This document shows positions 9,793 through 20,369 of a stretch of DNA of 64,000 nucleotides, piece after piece. The notes under the pieces were generated by a model, which was not told the origin of the DNA, searched no databases, and saw nothing but the letters and a program-made list of their open reading frames with translations. Position 1 is the first letter of the stretch; each line of letters opens with the position of its first letter. This stretch comes from an uncultured delta proteobacterium (GTDB taxonomy: Bacteria; Desulfobacterota; Binatia; UBA9968). Where the stretch lies: the NCBI GenBank assembly GCA_963771465.1, contig CAVYTU010000017.1, positions 864,001 to 928,000 of the forward strand. Direction: 5' to 3'. The translations under genes were made by a program, and so were the position numbers.

Positions 9793-10512
9793 ATGGCTTT
9801 AGCTCACTCGATTCGAGTTGTGCTCGGCGGCTGGTGCGCGATGATACTCATCGGTTGGGCATCGATGGCGTTTGGCGCTGCCGTCGCGGGCCGCATCGTG
9901 ATCGCCGGCGGCATTGCGCCTGCCAAGCCGTTGCCGGTTTTTAAAAACCGCAATTTCTGCGGCCGTCAAGTTGCCAATGAAACGCTGATCATCGGGCGAG
10001 ACGGCGGCGTGAAGAACGCGGTGGTGATCCTGCGCGCGCTCCAGCCCAAGGATCGCCTGATGTCCGGGCTGCCGACGCCAGCCATTCTCGACAATCGGCA
10101 CTGCGCCTTTGCGCCCCATGTCCAAGTGGTGACCGTGGGCAGCGATGTGGTGCTCAAGAACAGCGATCCGATTCTCCATACCGTGCACGCGCGTTTAGGT
10201 GGGGAGACTTTATTCAATGTCGGCTTGCCTAACTGGCGCCAGGTCACTAAGCGGCTCGACCGCCCCGGCGTGGTGCGCATCGATTGCGACGTGCTGCACA
10301 CATGGATGAGCGCGGCGATCGTCGTCAGCGATAGCCCGCATTTTGCCGTGACCGATGAAAATGGCGGGTTCAACGTTGACGGCCTGCCGCTGGGTGAGTA
10401 CGAGTTGGAAGTCTGGCACGAACGTTTGGGCACGCGCCGGCAGCGTGTGCGTGTCGCGGCAAGTGGCGTGATGAGCGTGGAGATAATTTATTCCGCGGAA
10501 AAGATTCGCTAG
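9793..10512 (+). CDS. exported cupredoxin-like / carboxypeptidase-regulatory-like domain protein
   Basis: signal peptide; CAFAPHV, NSDPILHTVH, CDVLHTWMSA (His/Cys/His/Met Cu-ligand pattern); AVTDENGGF...VWHE. Confidence 0.7.
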   Translation: MALAHSIRVVLGGWCAMILIGWASMAFGAAVAGRIVIAGGIAPAKPLPVFKNRNFCGRQVANETLIIGRDGGVKNAVVILRALQPKDRLMSGLPTPAILDNRHCAFAPHVQVVTVGSDVVLKNSDPILHTVHARLGGETLFNVGLPNWRQVTKRLDRPGVVRIDCDVLHTWMSAAIVVSDSPHFAVTDENGGFNVDGLPLGEYELEVWHERLGTRRQRVRVAASGVMSVEIIYSAEKIR

Positions 10513-10567
10513 TGCTGTAATTGGATGACCGATCTGTTAGTTTTCAATCAGTCCGACTTACGCCCCG

Positions 10568-11353
10568 ATGTATCCGATCGTATTTCAATTCGGCCCTCTG
10601 ACAGTCTATAGCTTTGGCGTGTTCATGGCGTTGGCGGCGCTGACGGCGGCTTGGGTCGTCAGTGCTGAGCTCAAGCGTCATCATTTGAATTCAGAGCTCG
10701 CCTCGAACATCGTCTTTGCCGCCGCCGTCGGTGGGCTCATCGGCGCGCGTCTGCTTTTCATCGTCGAAGAATGGCAAGGATTTCTTGCCGCCCCGTGGCG
10801 CTATATTTTCACTGGCGCCGGATTTACCTGGTACGGCGGTTTTTTCGGCGGCGCAGCGGCTATTACCTGGGTCCTGAGGAAGAATAGGATTCCGTGGCTT
10901 ATCGGCGCCGATATCTGCGCGCCGGCGCTGGCGCTGGCCTACGGCGTCGGGCGCATCGGTTGCCACGTCGCCGGCGACGGCGACTGGGGCGCGGTCACGG
11001 ACGTGCCCTGGGGCGTGGCGTATACCAATGCGATTGTCGGCTGGGCCGATCCCAACACCGGCATTCCGTATGCGCCCGGCGTGCGCGTCCATCCGACGCC
11101 GATCTACGAGTTTCTCCTGGGAGTTTTCGTGTTCGGTATCCTCTGGTCGTTGCGCAAAAAAAAGTTCGCCCCGGGAACGCTGGCGTGGCTCTATCTGATT
11201 CTTGCCGGCCTATCACGCTTCGTCGTCGAGTTCTGGCGCATCAATCCTGCGATCGGCTTCGGCTTTTCCGAAGCGCAATGGTTCAGTTTGATCTTAATGA
11301 TACTTGGTTTGTTTCTGCTCTTGGGCCGGCCGGTGCGAGTGCAGACGCAGTAG
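10568..11353 (+). CDS. lgt: prolipoprotein diacylglyceryl transferase
   Basis: MYPIVF, GARL, GFTWYGG, GRIGC, HPTPIYE, RFVVEFWR. Confidence 0.93.
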   Translation: MYPIVFQFGPLTVYSFGVFMALAALTAAWVVSAELKRHHLNSELASNIVFAAAVGGLIGARLLFIVEEWQGFLAAPWRYIFTGAGFTWYGGFFGGAAAITWVLRKNRIPWLIGADICAPALALAYGVGRIGCHVAGDGDWGAVTDVPWGVAYTNAIVGWADPNTGIPYAPGVRVHPTPIYEFLLGVFVFGILWSLRKKKFAPGTLAWLYLILAGLSRFVVEFWRINPAIGFGFSEAQWFSLILMILGLFLLLGRPVRVQTQ

Positions 11354-11479
11354 GTTTAGTTTTCATCCGCTAGATCGGCGCTCTAGCTCCAATCACATTG
11401 ATTCCTCAACCATCGAGGTGCTACATAAGTAAGGATGAGCATGCAACTTTAGCGCGTGCTTTGTGAATCGGAGGCGAAG

Positions 11480-12649
11480 ATGAACGATTTTAAATTGATT
11501 TCCGCCGATGGCCATATCAACGAGCCGCCGGCGGCTTGGGAGCGAGTTCAGAAGGAATACGGCGAGCGGGCGCCGAAGGTTGTCAAAGACCCGGAAGGAT
11601 TTAAAGGCATCTGGGTGATTACCGATGGCTTGCCGCCGAGTCCGTGCTCCAATTATTCCATCGGTCATGTGGTGAGCAAGCCTGATGGCCTGGGCAGCGT
11701 TGATCCGGACAAACACTACGAGCGCATCCACTTTCACGAAATCTTTCAGTACGAGAGCTATCCGGCCTCGTGGGAGCCAACGGCACGAATCAAAGATCAA
11801 GACAAAGATGGTGTGGCGGCCGAAGTGCTTTTCGCTAGCGTCGGCCGGTTTTTCTACGGCCTCACCGACGGGCCGTTTCAGCGCGCCATATTTCGTTCGT
11901 ACAACGCTTGGCTACATGAATTTTGCGCGGGCGATTCGAAACGTTTGATCGGCGTGCCGCTGATTTCCATCCTCGATCCGGAGAAAGCGGCCGATGACAT
12001 TCGCGAATACGCCAAGCTCGGTTTTAAGGCGGCGCAGATTCCCTACGCGATCAAAGATGGCGGCTATTTCGACGCCGCTTATGAGCCGATCTGGAACGCC
12101 GCCAATGAAACCGGAATCGTGCTGCACATTCATCTCGGCGGTCCAGCCCAGGGTGCCACGCCGCGCTGGTTCGGCTTCAATCGTTTGACTGCCGAAGGAT
12201 CGTCAGATTTTTTCGGCGCCCAGCGCATCGCCACGGCGACCGGATTCATCAGCCATTTGATGTTCGCCGGCGTCTTCGATCGTCACGAAAATCTCAAAGT
12301 CGTTTGCACGGAATATGACGTCGGCTGGGTCGCGATTATGTACGAGCAGGCCAATTATCGCTACGGCCGCGCGACGGCCTACGGGTCGGACGTTAAGCTC
12401 AAGATGTCGCCCGGCGATTACATGCGCAAACACGTTTGGTTTACTTTTCAAGACGACCGCGCCGGCATGCTGACCACGTCCGTGTTCGGCGCAGAGAATT
12501 TCATGTGGGCGAGCGATTACCCGCACGGCAATACCACGTTTCCCTATTCGCAGCAGACGATGGAACGATTGAGCGCGGGCCTCGATCCATCAGTGAAGCG
12601 CAAGGTTGGCCGCGAAAATGCCAATCAGCTGTATCGAATGGGGTTGTAG
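11480..12649 (+). CDS. amidohydrolase_2 family metal-dependent hydrolase/decarboxylase
   Basis: ISADGH, LHIH, GVFDRH, MWASDYPH; GGAGG RBS. Confidence 0.92.
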   Translation: MNDFKLISADGHINEPPAAWERVQKEYGERAPKVVKDPEGFKGIWVITDGLPPSPCSNYSIGHVVSKPDGLGSVDPDKHYERIHFHEIFQYESYPASWEPTARIKDQDKDGVAAEVLFASVGRFFYGLTDGPFQRAIFRSYNAWLHEFCAGDSKRLIGVPLISILDPEKAADDIREYAKLGFKAAQIPYAIKDGGYFDAAYEPIWNAANETGIVLHIHLGGPAQGATPRWFGFNRLTAEGSSDFFGAQRIATATGFISHLMFAGVFDRHENLKVVCTEYDVGWVAIMYEQANYRYGRATAYGSDVKLKMSPGDYMRKHVWFTFQDDRAGMLTTSVFGAENFMWASDYPHGNTTFPYSQQTMERLSAGLDPSVKRKVGRENANQLYRMGL

Positions 12650-12715
12650 TGGGCGAATTTGGCGACCGCCGTGTGTCTACTCGCGGTGTTGAAGCAAAAA
12701 TCAGGAGATATGTGC

Positions 12716-13723
12716 ATGAGGTTTAGCTGCGTAAATGTTCGCTTTCATGCTTGCATAGTTTTTGTAGTTGTCGCGCTTTTAATCGGCTTTGACCGGCCTG
12801 ATTCACTCGCCGCGGAAAAATTTATCTGCATTCTCGGTGGCACGGGGACGCGACATGCGATTCCCGTCTTGGCCCAGACATTCGGCCTTTATCCCAAGTA
12901 TGGGCTCGATGCGACCATCGTGCGCATCGGCAGCGGTACAATCGCGACAGCTGCTCTGTTGGGCGGCGAAGGCGATGTCATCAATACTTCTGGACCGGCG
13001 CTGGTGAATGCGCGGCTATCCGGCACGCCGATATTGTATGTTACCAATTTTAACGAATGGAGCGATGCGCATGTTCTCGTTCGTCCCGAAGTGACAAGTA
13101 TCGAACAGCTGCGCAGCGGGCGATTTGCCGTTCCAGGGTTGGGCGGCGGCTACGCGCACATGCTGCGCGCTTTTGTTTTTCCCAAGTTTGGACTGGACAA
13201 GGGACCGAAGCAACCGACGATACTCTCCGCCGGCGATACACCGTCGGCGTTGGCCGGAGTGGTAAACCGCCAATACGATGCGGCGTTGGCGTCCTATGAA
13301 AACTACATGGCCTTTCGAAAACGCGGTCTTAAGGTGTTGGTCCAGCCTGAAGAAATCAACGTGCGTTGGTACACGGGTCTGATCACCGTGGAGAAGAAAG
13401 TCAAAGAGCGGCGCCGGGCGATGATTCAATTCATCAAGGCGCAGATTGAAGCCGTCAGCATCATCAAGCGAGATCCAGTCAAGGCGCGCGCGGCGCTGAA
13501 AAATTATTTTCGCAGCAACGATGACGAGCTAATGGCGGAGTACCAGAATTATCTGGCGGCGAAATTACCGCTTAACACTCGGGTCGAAACGGAAAATATT
13601 AAAACACTGCTATTGACCTCGACTCATCCGGCGGCGGGAAAAGCCAAGCCGGAGGATTTCATCGATAACTCGATGGTGGAAGAGATCGTCCGTGAAGGAT
13701 TCATCAAGCAATTCGAGCAGTGA
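12716..13723 (+). CDS. ABC substrate-binding protein, SsuA/NMT1 type
   Basis: signal peptide; KYGLD, ALLGGEGD, KPEDFIDNS..EGFI C-terminus. Confidence 0.85.
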   Translation: MRFSCVNVRFHACIVFVVVALLIGFDRPDSLAAEKFICILGGTGTRHAIPVLAQTFGLYPKYGLDATIVRIGSGTIATAALLGGEGDVINTSGPALVNARLSGTPILYVTNFNEWSDAHVLVRPEVTSIEQLRSGRFAVPGLGGGYAHMLRAFVFPKFGLDKGPKQPTILSAGDTPSALAGVVNRQYDAALASYENYMAFRKRGLKVLVQPEEINVRWYTGLITVEKKVKERRRAMIQFIKAQIEAVSIIKRDPVKARAALKNYFRSNDDELMAEYQNYLAAKLPLNTRVETENIKTLLLTSTHPAAGKAKPEDFIDNSMVEEIVREGFIKQFEQ

Positions 13724-13747
13724 GATTGGAACGGAGATTTTACATCG

Positions 13748-15064
13748 ATGATAACCGAAGACATCGCGGATTTTGTCGCGACTTTCGATCTCAAGAGCGC
13801 GCCGGCTGACCTATTACCAAGAGTGCGAGAGACCTTTCTCGATTCCTATGGCGTCATGCTTGCCGGCAGCCGAGAGGAGAGCGCACAGCTGGCGGCCGGC
13901 TGGGTGCGGAGCCAGGGAGCCAAAGGTGACTGCCGCCTTTTTGCCGATGCGGGCTTGCGTACGTCCGCCGCAAACGCCGCGCTGGCCAACGGCGTGGCCG
14001 CGCATACACTTGACTACGATCATTTCGGCCATCAAAGCGCCGTTATGGTGCCTTGTGTTTTGGCCGCCGGGGAAGCCAAGGGTGTCAGCGGGTGGGACTT
14101 GATCGAAGCTTATGTCGTTGGCGTCGAAGTTAGCACACTGTTAGCTAACGGGATGGGTGAAGAGGCAAAATCGATTGGGCTTCATCCGGCCGGATTGTGC
14201 GGTACATTCGGCGCGACTGCCGCGGCGGCGAAAATTTTGCATCTAACGCGGCAACAGATTCAAGTTGCCCTGGGAATCGGCGCATCGATGACTTCCGGGC
14301 TCAGCCAAAACTTCGGTACTATGGTAAAACCGCTTCACCTCGGTAACGCCGCGCGCAACGGCATCATGGCGGCCGAGCTTGCAGCCATCGGCTTTACTGC
14401 CCATGCCAGTATTCTCGACGAGCCCAGTGGATTCTTCGGCGCGCTAAATGCAGCAGATGTGAGTGAAAATCTCGGCAAGAGTTTTCGCTTCTTGGAGCCG
14501 GGCATAGCGTTCAAGGCTTATCCTTGTCCCTATAGTTCACAGCGCGCCGTCGATGCGATCATCAAGATCGCCGAGGGTCAAAATATAATGCCAAGCGACG
14601 TGATGGAGATCACTTGTGCGGCCGCGCCCAAAACGTTTCGCGTCTTGATCCATCATCGCCCAACGACCAGCTTGGAGGCCAAGTTCAGCCTCGAATATCT
14701 ATTGGCTGCCGGGATAGCGTTCAAGACGATCAGTGAAGAGTGTTTTGATCTCAAGCATGTCGGCGATCCAACGATGCGCGGGCTAGTAGAAAAAGTTCGC
14801 TTGGTCGACGCGCCTCTCGAACGCGGCACGCCGGGTGAAGGAGCGGTCACCGTGCAGGTGAAGACTCGCGCGGCGGTTTTCGCAGAAACCGTCAGCTATG
14901 CCCCCGGTCATCCGAAAAATCCTTTGAGTTGGGATAAGCTTGCGGAGAAATTTCGTCAATGCGCTCGTCAGGGTGGTGTCGATGGACCGGCGCTATCGCG
15001 CACGTTGGAAATGCTAACGCGGATTGAGGAAATCGCCGACGTGAGAGAACTCACGAGTTGTTAG
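13748..15064 (+). CDS. MmgE/PrpD family protein
   Basis: AALANGVAAHTLDYD, GTMVKPLHLG, FKAYPC, AKFS, PGHP..PL. Confidence 0.92.
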   Translation: MITEDIADFVATFDLKSAPADLLPRVRETFLDSYGVMLAGSREESAQLAAGWVRSQGAKGDCRLFADAGLRTSAANAALANGVAAHTLDYDHFGHQSAVMVPCVLAAGEAKGVSGWDLIEAYVVGVEVSTLLANGMGEEAKSIGLHPAGLCGTFGATAAAAKILHLTRQQIQVALGIGASMTSGLSQNFGTMVKPLHLGNAARNGIMAAELAAIGFTAHASILDEPSGFFGALNAADVSENLGKSFRFLEPGIAFKAYPCPYSSQRAVDAIIKIAEGQNIMPSDVMEITCAAAPKTFRVLIHHRPTTSLEAKFSLEYLLAAGIAFKTISEECFDLKHVGDPTMRGLVEKVRLVDAPLERGTPGEGAVTVQVKTRAAVFAETVSYAPGHPKNPLSWDKLAEKFRQCARQGGVDGPALSRTLEMLTRIEEIADVRELTSC

Positions 15065-15109
15065 CCGTCATTTAGCGCCCCGCCAAGCCGGCTTTCACCG
15101 GCATGACGG
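15065..15109. repeat. imperfect palindrome (REP-like / bidirectional terminator) between convergent genes
   Basis: CCGTCAT...ATGACGG outer arms with an inner GCCGG-CTTTCA-CCGGC stem. Confidence 0.4.
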
Positions 15110-15147
15110 GAGCGAAAGCAAACTTCAGCGTGAAAATAAACCGGTGA

Positions 15148-15585
15148 CTAGGTCCGCGCGACGCGCTCGCCGCCGAGATGGCCTTGCCAGTCTTTCAGTT
15201 CGTCGTAGTTGAGCCGTTTGGCTTCGGCGTTGGGATCGCGCGCTGACATGCGGATGATTTTCAGCGGCACGTCGGACGCCGACTCGAACCAATAGTCCGC
15301 GCCGTCAGGCACAAAAAGCCCTTCCATCGCATCGAGCTCAAACACGTCGTCATCGGTTTTGCCGTAGAAGCGGGCGCGTCCTTCGAGCACGAGCCAAGCG
15401 GCGTCCTGTCCCGTGTGTGCGTGGCGATTGGTCTCGCCGCCCGCGAGGACGACTTGCATGCCGACGCCGAGCAGGTCGCTATCTTTTTTACCGACAAGTC
15501 GCTCGGTCTTTTTCGGCAGCCCTTTAAAATCCGGGTTGCTGAACTCACACTTGAACTTCTTGATCTCGCGCTGTGCCTTATCCAT
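15148..15585 (-). CDS. cupin domain protein
   Basis: GGETNRHAHTGQDAAWLVLEG...FVPDGADYWF; GAGGAG RBS before ATG 15585. Confidence 0.85.
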   Translation of the reverse strand: MDKAQREIKKFKCEFSNPDFKGLPKKTERLVGKKDSDLLGVGMQVVLAGGETNRHAHTGQDAAWLVLEGRARFYGKTDDDVFELDAMEGLFVPDGADYWFESASDVPLKIIRMSARDPNAEAKRLNYDELKDWQGHLGGERVART

Positions 15586-15804
15586 GATTGTTATCTCCTC
15601 CTTTAGCTGGAACGATTTTCGCAATGGACCTCAACTGTTATCTAACCATACGTCCGGCGTCGGACGATTTTCAACAACAATCTTACCTCTTAATCTCATC
15701 CGTATCCGTTTGAAGCCGTGCGTTTTTGACAGCGATGCGTTGTTATGACATGTGTAAGTATGTTTGTTTGCGGACCGCGTAGTGGTCAACTTAGCGGAGG
15801 TGGT

Positions 15805-16848
15805 ATGAGCAGTAACAACCGGTACAATACCGCTCATCTTGTGATTTTATGCTTAGTTTTATTTCTGGGCGGCATTTTTCCAGATGATTCGGCGCGTGCG
15901 CAGGACACCAACACGGCTAAGCTCGTCGAAGGAGCTAAAAAAGAGGGGAAGATGGTTTTTTATTCTTCCCTAAATGTCGAGGACAACAACGGCCTGCTCA
16001 AGCGGTTTGAAGAGAAATATCCCTTTATCAAAACTGAGCTCAACCGGCTGACCGCGGATCGGCTGCTAATTCGCTTTCAATCTGAAGCGAGAGCGAAGAA
16101 ACCGATCGCTGACGTGATCATGAACGGCGGTGCGCGTACTTACATCACCAAGAAAGAGGGCTTGTTGATGAAATACGTATCGCCGGAGAGCAAATTTTAC
16201 GGCACCGGGTTCAAGGACCCCGACGGCTATTGGACCGACGCCTATCTCAACGCTCACGTCCTGGTCTATAACACGCGCATGCTCAAGCCGGCGGAAGTGC
16301 CTTTGACGCATGCCGATTTGTTGAAGCCGCAATGGAGCGGTAAGTTCGTAATGGTGTCTAAAGCCTATGAATGGTTTTTGAAGATTATCAAGCTGCAGGG
16401 CGAAGCCAAAGGTATGGAGTTCTTCAAGCGATTGGCGGCGCAAAAGCCCGGCTTCCGGATCGGCTCGAGCCAGATCGCCGATTTGGTCGCGGCCGGCGAG
16501 CATCCGCTCGGCATCAATACCTACTCGACAAATATAGAGGACTTAAAAGCCAAAGGTGCGCCGGTCGAATGGGTCGGGCTCGATCCCGTTGTGGCGACAC
16601 TTCACCCGATTGCGGTCAGTGCCGCTGCGCCGCATCCGAATGCGGCGAAACTGTTCGTCGATTTCGTGTTGTCGCGCGAGGGTATGCTGTTGTTACGCAG
16701 CTTCAAGAGAATCCCCAGCCGGCTCGATGTCGAGCCGATGGTGGCGCGCCTGACCAAAGGTATCAAGTTTTATCCGAGCGAGCCGGAGCTGGCTGAGGAG
16801 TTCGACAAGTATGCGCGCACGTTTCAAAATATTTTCGAGATCCGATGA
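15805..16848 (+). CDS. extracellular solute-binding protein (Fe3+/thiamine-type ABC family)
   Basis: signal peptide; AKKEGKMVFYSS, YNT...DLLKPQW.GK, APHPNAAKLFVDF. Confidence 0.9.
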   Translation: MSSNNRYNTAHLVILCLVLFLGGIFPDDSARAQDTNTAKLVEGAKKEGKMVFYSSLNVEDNNGLLKRFEEKYPFIKTELNRLTADRLLIRFQSEARAKKPIADVIMNGGARTYITKKEGLLMKYVSPESKFYGTGFKDPDGYWTDAYLNAHVLVYNTRMLKPAEVPLTHADLLKPQWSGKFVMVSKAYEWFLKIIKLQGEAKGMEFFKRLAAQKPGFRIGSSQIADLVAAGEHPLGINTYSTNIEDLKAKGAPVEWVGLDPVVATLHPIAVSAAAPHPNAAKLFVDFVLSREGMLLLRSFKRIPSRLDVEPMVARLTKGIKFYPSEPELAEEFDKYARTFQNIFEIR

Positions 16849-16897
16849 CGGTTGTGTGAAAAGCGTGAGCTGACAAACACGAGGCACGAACAGGAAT

Positions 16898-17929
16898 ATG
16901 TCCGATATCCGCATAGGACTGCATCTTCATCCGCCGCCGCGCCAGAGCTTGGAAGATTTTGTCGACACCGTAAAGCGTGCCGATAAATACGGCTTCGCCC
17001 GTATCGGCACCGGCGATACCCAGTGGCACAACATGGAGTGCTTCATTGCGTTAACGCTGATGGCGCTTAACAGCGAAAGGGTTGAAATCGGGCCACGGGT
17101 GACTAACCCGGTGACGCGGGAGCCTTCCGTGATGGCAAGCGCAATCGTCAGTTTGGATTTGATTTCACGCGGACGCGCCGTGCTGACGATGGGCCGCGGC
17201 GATAGCGCGGTGCATAACATTGGACTCAAACCGGCCAGCGTGGAAGAAACCCGCGACTACATCGTTGCGGTCCGCGAGTTGTTAGAAAATGGCGACACCA
17301 CATATCGCGGCCGCCATAATCACTTCGATTGGCCGCGCCCTGCGCCGCGCCGGCGCATTCCCATCTGCGTCACCGCCGAGGGTCCGAGGATGCTACGCTT
17401 GGCTGGGCAGATTGGCGACCAGGTGTTGATCGGTACGGGTGTGACAGCTGACATCGTCGAAGCGTCGTTACGTGAACTTCACGCCGGCGCCCATGAGGCT
17501 GGAAGAAATCCTGATGAGTTGGAAATCTGGTGGGCGCCGCGGCTGAGTATTGCCGAGACCACCGACAAGGCCGTAAAGAATATCATGGCGAGCATCGCTT
17601 CTTCCGGCAACCATGCGTTGCGCTCCGGCTTTGCTGGCAAGCAAGTGCCGGACCGGCTTAAGGAAAAGATTCGGCGCTTTCACCACGAGTATGATTATGC
17701 TCAGCACGGCGTGAAAACCGGGAAGAATGCTCAGCTCGTGGAACAGCTAGGTTTGACTGAATATTTTCTTGAGCGCTTTGCCGTAGCCGGCGCGCCGGCG
17801 GATATCGTCACGCGAATTCGCGCTTTGTCGCGCTTGGGACTTAAGAATCTCTGGCTGAGCTCGCCGGGCGACGATCCATCGGCGCTCGATTTGATGGGAC
17901 AAGAAGTGCTGGCGCGGCTAAAAAAATGA
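16898..17929 (+). CDS. LLM-class flavin/F420-dependent oxidoreductase (Mer-like)
   Basis: IGPRVTNPVTR, GRGDSAV, AEGPRMLRLAGQIGD. Confidence 0.85.
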   Translation: MSDIRIGLHLHPPPRQSLEDFVDTVKRADKYGFARIGTGDTQWHNMECFIALTLMALNSERVEIGPRVTNPVTREPSVMASAIVSLDLISRGRAVLTMGRGDSAVHNIGLKPASVEETRDYIVAVRELLENGDTTYRGRHNHFDWPRPAPRRRIPICVTAEGPRMLRLAGQIGDQVLIGTGVTADIVEASLRELHAGAHEAGRNPDELEIWWAPRLSIAETTDKAVKNIMASIASSGNHALRSGFAGKQVPDRLKEKIRRFHHEYDYAQHGVKTGKNAQLVEQLGLTEYFLERFAVAGAPADIVTRIRALSRLGLKNLWLSSPGDDPSALDLMGQEVLARLKK

Positions 17930-17952
17930 ATCGGCACGCACTAGGAGATTAG

Positions 17953-19317
17953 ATGGTTTACGACGCGGAAAAAGGTAATTTTGCCATTGCACTCACGGGC
18001 GATTCGATGTTGACGCGCAAGCTGTCGACCTTCGCCGAGCCGGCCTATTTGAAGCTGGCGCAAACCTTGCGCGGCGCCGATGCCTGTTTCGGTAATCTCG
18101 AAAGCACCGTGCGCGCTTGGGATGAAGGTTCGCCGGCGATCAGCCGGATGGGGCGCGGCACTTTCATGACCACGGATCCTGCGCTGGTGGCGGAAATGAA
18201 ATGGCTCGGGCTCAACTTGCTTTCGTGCGCCAATAACCACGCTTTCGAATACGGCGAAGAAGGCGTGCTGGCGACGCTGCGCCATTTGGATAGCGGCGGA
18301 CTCGTGCATGCCGGCACGGGAAAGAATCTCGCCGAAGCGCGCGCGCCCGGATATCTGGACACCAACAACGGCCGAGTCGCTCTAGTCGCTGCCAATGGCA
18401 CGAGTGGGCGCTCTTGGATCAGCGCGCCGTGGGGCAAGGCGGGAAGCCAACGGCCGGATCATGGCGGACGGCCCGGAGTTAACCCGCTCGGATTTGACAC
18501 CATGTTTGTCGTCGATCCCAAATCATTCGAGGATCTGGAGCGGATCGAACGCGAGCTCGGTTTCGATCCCGAGAAGGAAAGAGACAAGCGCGCCGACTCG
18601 GGAGAAAAGATGATTGACTTCCGCGGCAACCGATTTGTTGCCGGCGAAGGTTTCTCCGTTTGCGCTAGAGCTGACGCCCACGATCTCGAAGAAAATTTAC
18701 GTTGGATCGGCGAGGCGCGCCGGCAAGCTGACTGGCTGGTGGTGAGTCTTCACTGGCACGAGTTCGGCGGCCAGAGTTTGCGCACGGCGAAAAATGTGAC
18801 CGAGTGTGAGGAGGCCGCCGAATTTGTCACCGATTTCGCTCATCGAGCGATCGACGCCGGGGCCGACCTGTTCGTTGGCCACGGCCCGCATGTGCCGCTT
18901 GGCGTCGAAATCTATAAAGCCAAGCCGATCTTCTACAGCCTCGGCAATTTTATTTTTCAAAACGAGACGGTGAAATCTTTTCCCGCCGATGCCTACGAGC
19001 GTTTTGGTCTCGATGAGAGAGCGACGCCGGCCGATTGGTGGGACGCGCGCACCGATCATGGCAAGAAAGGCCATCCGGCCAATCCGCTCTATTGGGAAAA
19101 TTTTGTCGCGGTGTGCGAGTTTGCCAATCGGAAATTTAGCGCGGCGAAACTCTATCCCATCGATCAAGGTCATGGCCGCCCCCGCGGCCAACGTGGACGA
19201 CCGGTATTGGCCGACGGCGCAGTCGCCGAGCGTGTCCTTAACCGCATGCAGCGCCTTTCGCGTCGCTACGGGACGGAAGTTAGATTGCAAGACGGTATCG
19301 GTGTCATTGGGGTTTAG
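17953..19317 (+). CDS. CapA/PGA_cap family metallo-hydrolase (no membrane anchor)
   Basis: LTGD, GNLE, ANNH, SLHWHE, GHGPH, YSLGNF. Confidence 0.9.
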   Translation: MVYDAEKGNFAIALTGDSMLTRKLSTFAEPAYLKLAQTLRGADACFGNLESTVRAWDEGSPAISRMGRGTFMTTDPALVAEMKWLGLNLLSCANNHAFEYGEEGVLATLRHLDSGGLVHAGTGKNLAEARAPGYLDTNNGRVALVAANGTSGRSWISAPWGKAGSQRPDHGGRPGVNPLGFDTMFVVDPKSFEDLERIERELGFDPEKERDKRADSGEKMIDFRGNRFVAGEGFSVCARADAHDLEENLRWIGEARRQADWLVVSLHWHEFGGQSLRTAKNVTECEEAAEFVTDFAHRAIDAGADLFVGHGPHVPLGVEIYKAKPIFYSLGNFIFQNETVKSFPADAYERFGLDERATPADWWDARTDHGKKGHPANPLYWENFVAVCEFANRKFSAAKLYPIDQGHGRPRGQRGRPVLADGAVAERVLNRMQRLSRRYGTEVRLQDGIGVIGV

Positions 19318-19338
19318 GCGAATCGAAGTCTGGAAGCG

Positions 19339-20355
19339 ATGAAGTTAAAGAAAAAAGTTTCGGTCAGTTGGGCGCTGTTCGTATTATTGTTTCTCCTTAG
19401 TAAGTTTGCCGAGGCGGCAACGGACGGCGCAGTCGTCGAAAAAGCCAAGGCTGAAGGTGAGGTTGTTCTCTACACTGCTTGGGGTCTGGACACCGTTCAG
19501 GCAATCCAGAAAGCGTTTGCCAAGAAATATCCCTTCATCAAATTCGAGGCGCGCCGCACCGGCAGCGAGCGGTTGTTAAACATCGCCATCACCGAGCACA
19601 AACAAAAAATCTTTCGCGCTGACTTGTTCAGCGGCAGCCACCTGGCGATGATCAATCATAAGAAAGTCGGCCATCTACAAAAATACGTCAACGCCGAACA
19701 GCGGGCGTTTCCCAAGGAATACAAAGATACGGAAAGTTTTTGGACGGCTTTCTACATGGATACGCGGGTGCTGGCTTACAACACGCGTATGGCCAGCCGT
19801 GATGAATTGCCCAAAACCTACGAAGAACTCTTGCTTGCCAAGTGGAAAGGCAAGATGGCCATGGACGACGCCGACTATATTCTTTACGGCACGTTGCTAG
19901 AGATGATGGGACGCGAGCGCGGGGTTTCATTCATGAAAAGGCTGGCCCAACAGGAGCTGATTATTCGCAGCGGCCATTCGTTACTGACGCAACTTATCAT
20001 CGCCGGCGAGTTTCCAATCTATCTAGACGGTTTCGGCAGTAATATCGAAAAGTTCAAGTCGCAAGGAGCGCCTATCGATTGGGTGCCGTTGGAACCAGTG
20101 ATCGTGTCGCTCAATCCAGTCGGGCTGGCGGTCAATGCGCCGCATCCCGCGTCGGCGCGTTTGCTGCTCGATTTTCTCCTGTCCAAAGAGGGACAAGAGG
20201 TCGGCCGGATGGTGGGCAAACTTCCCGCCCGTGCCGATGTCGAGGCGCCGTATCCGAGGCTTACTAAAGGGCTCAAGCTGTTTCCGGTTCCGCTGTCTGT
20301 CGCGGACCGATACGGCGAGATCGTCAAAGAGTTCCGCGACATTTTTCTGAAGTGA
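19339..20355 (+). CDS. extracellular solute-binding protein (Fe3+-type ABC family)
   Basis: signal peptide; AKAEGEVVLY, AYNT, APHPASARLLLDF; paralog of 15805. Confidence 0.9.
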   Translation: MKLKKKVSVSWALFVLLFLLSKFAEAATDGAVVEKAKAEGEVVLYTAWGLDTVQAIQKAFAKKYPFIKFEARRTGSERLLNIAITEHKQKIFRADLFSGSHLAMINHKKVGHLQKYVNAEQRAFPKEYKDTESFWTAFYMDTRVLAYNTRMASRDELPKTYEELLLAKWKGKMAMDDADYILYGTLLEMMGRERGVSFMKRLAQQELIIRSGHSLLTQLIIAGEFPIYLDGFGSNIEKFKSQGAPIDWVPLEPVIVSLNPVGLAVNAPHPASARLLLDFLLSKEGQEVGRMVGKLPARADVEAPYPRLTKGLKLFPVPLSVADRYGEIVKEFRDIFLK

Positions 20356-20369
20356 ATTCTTAGGGACAA

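Noticed and set aside
17953-19317. Poly-gamma-glutamate capsule locus
   Set aside because: No capB/capC and no membrane anchor; catabolic context
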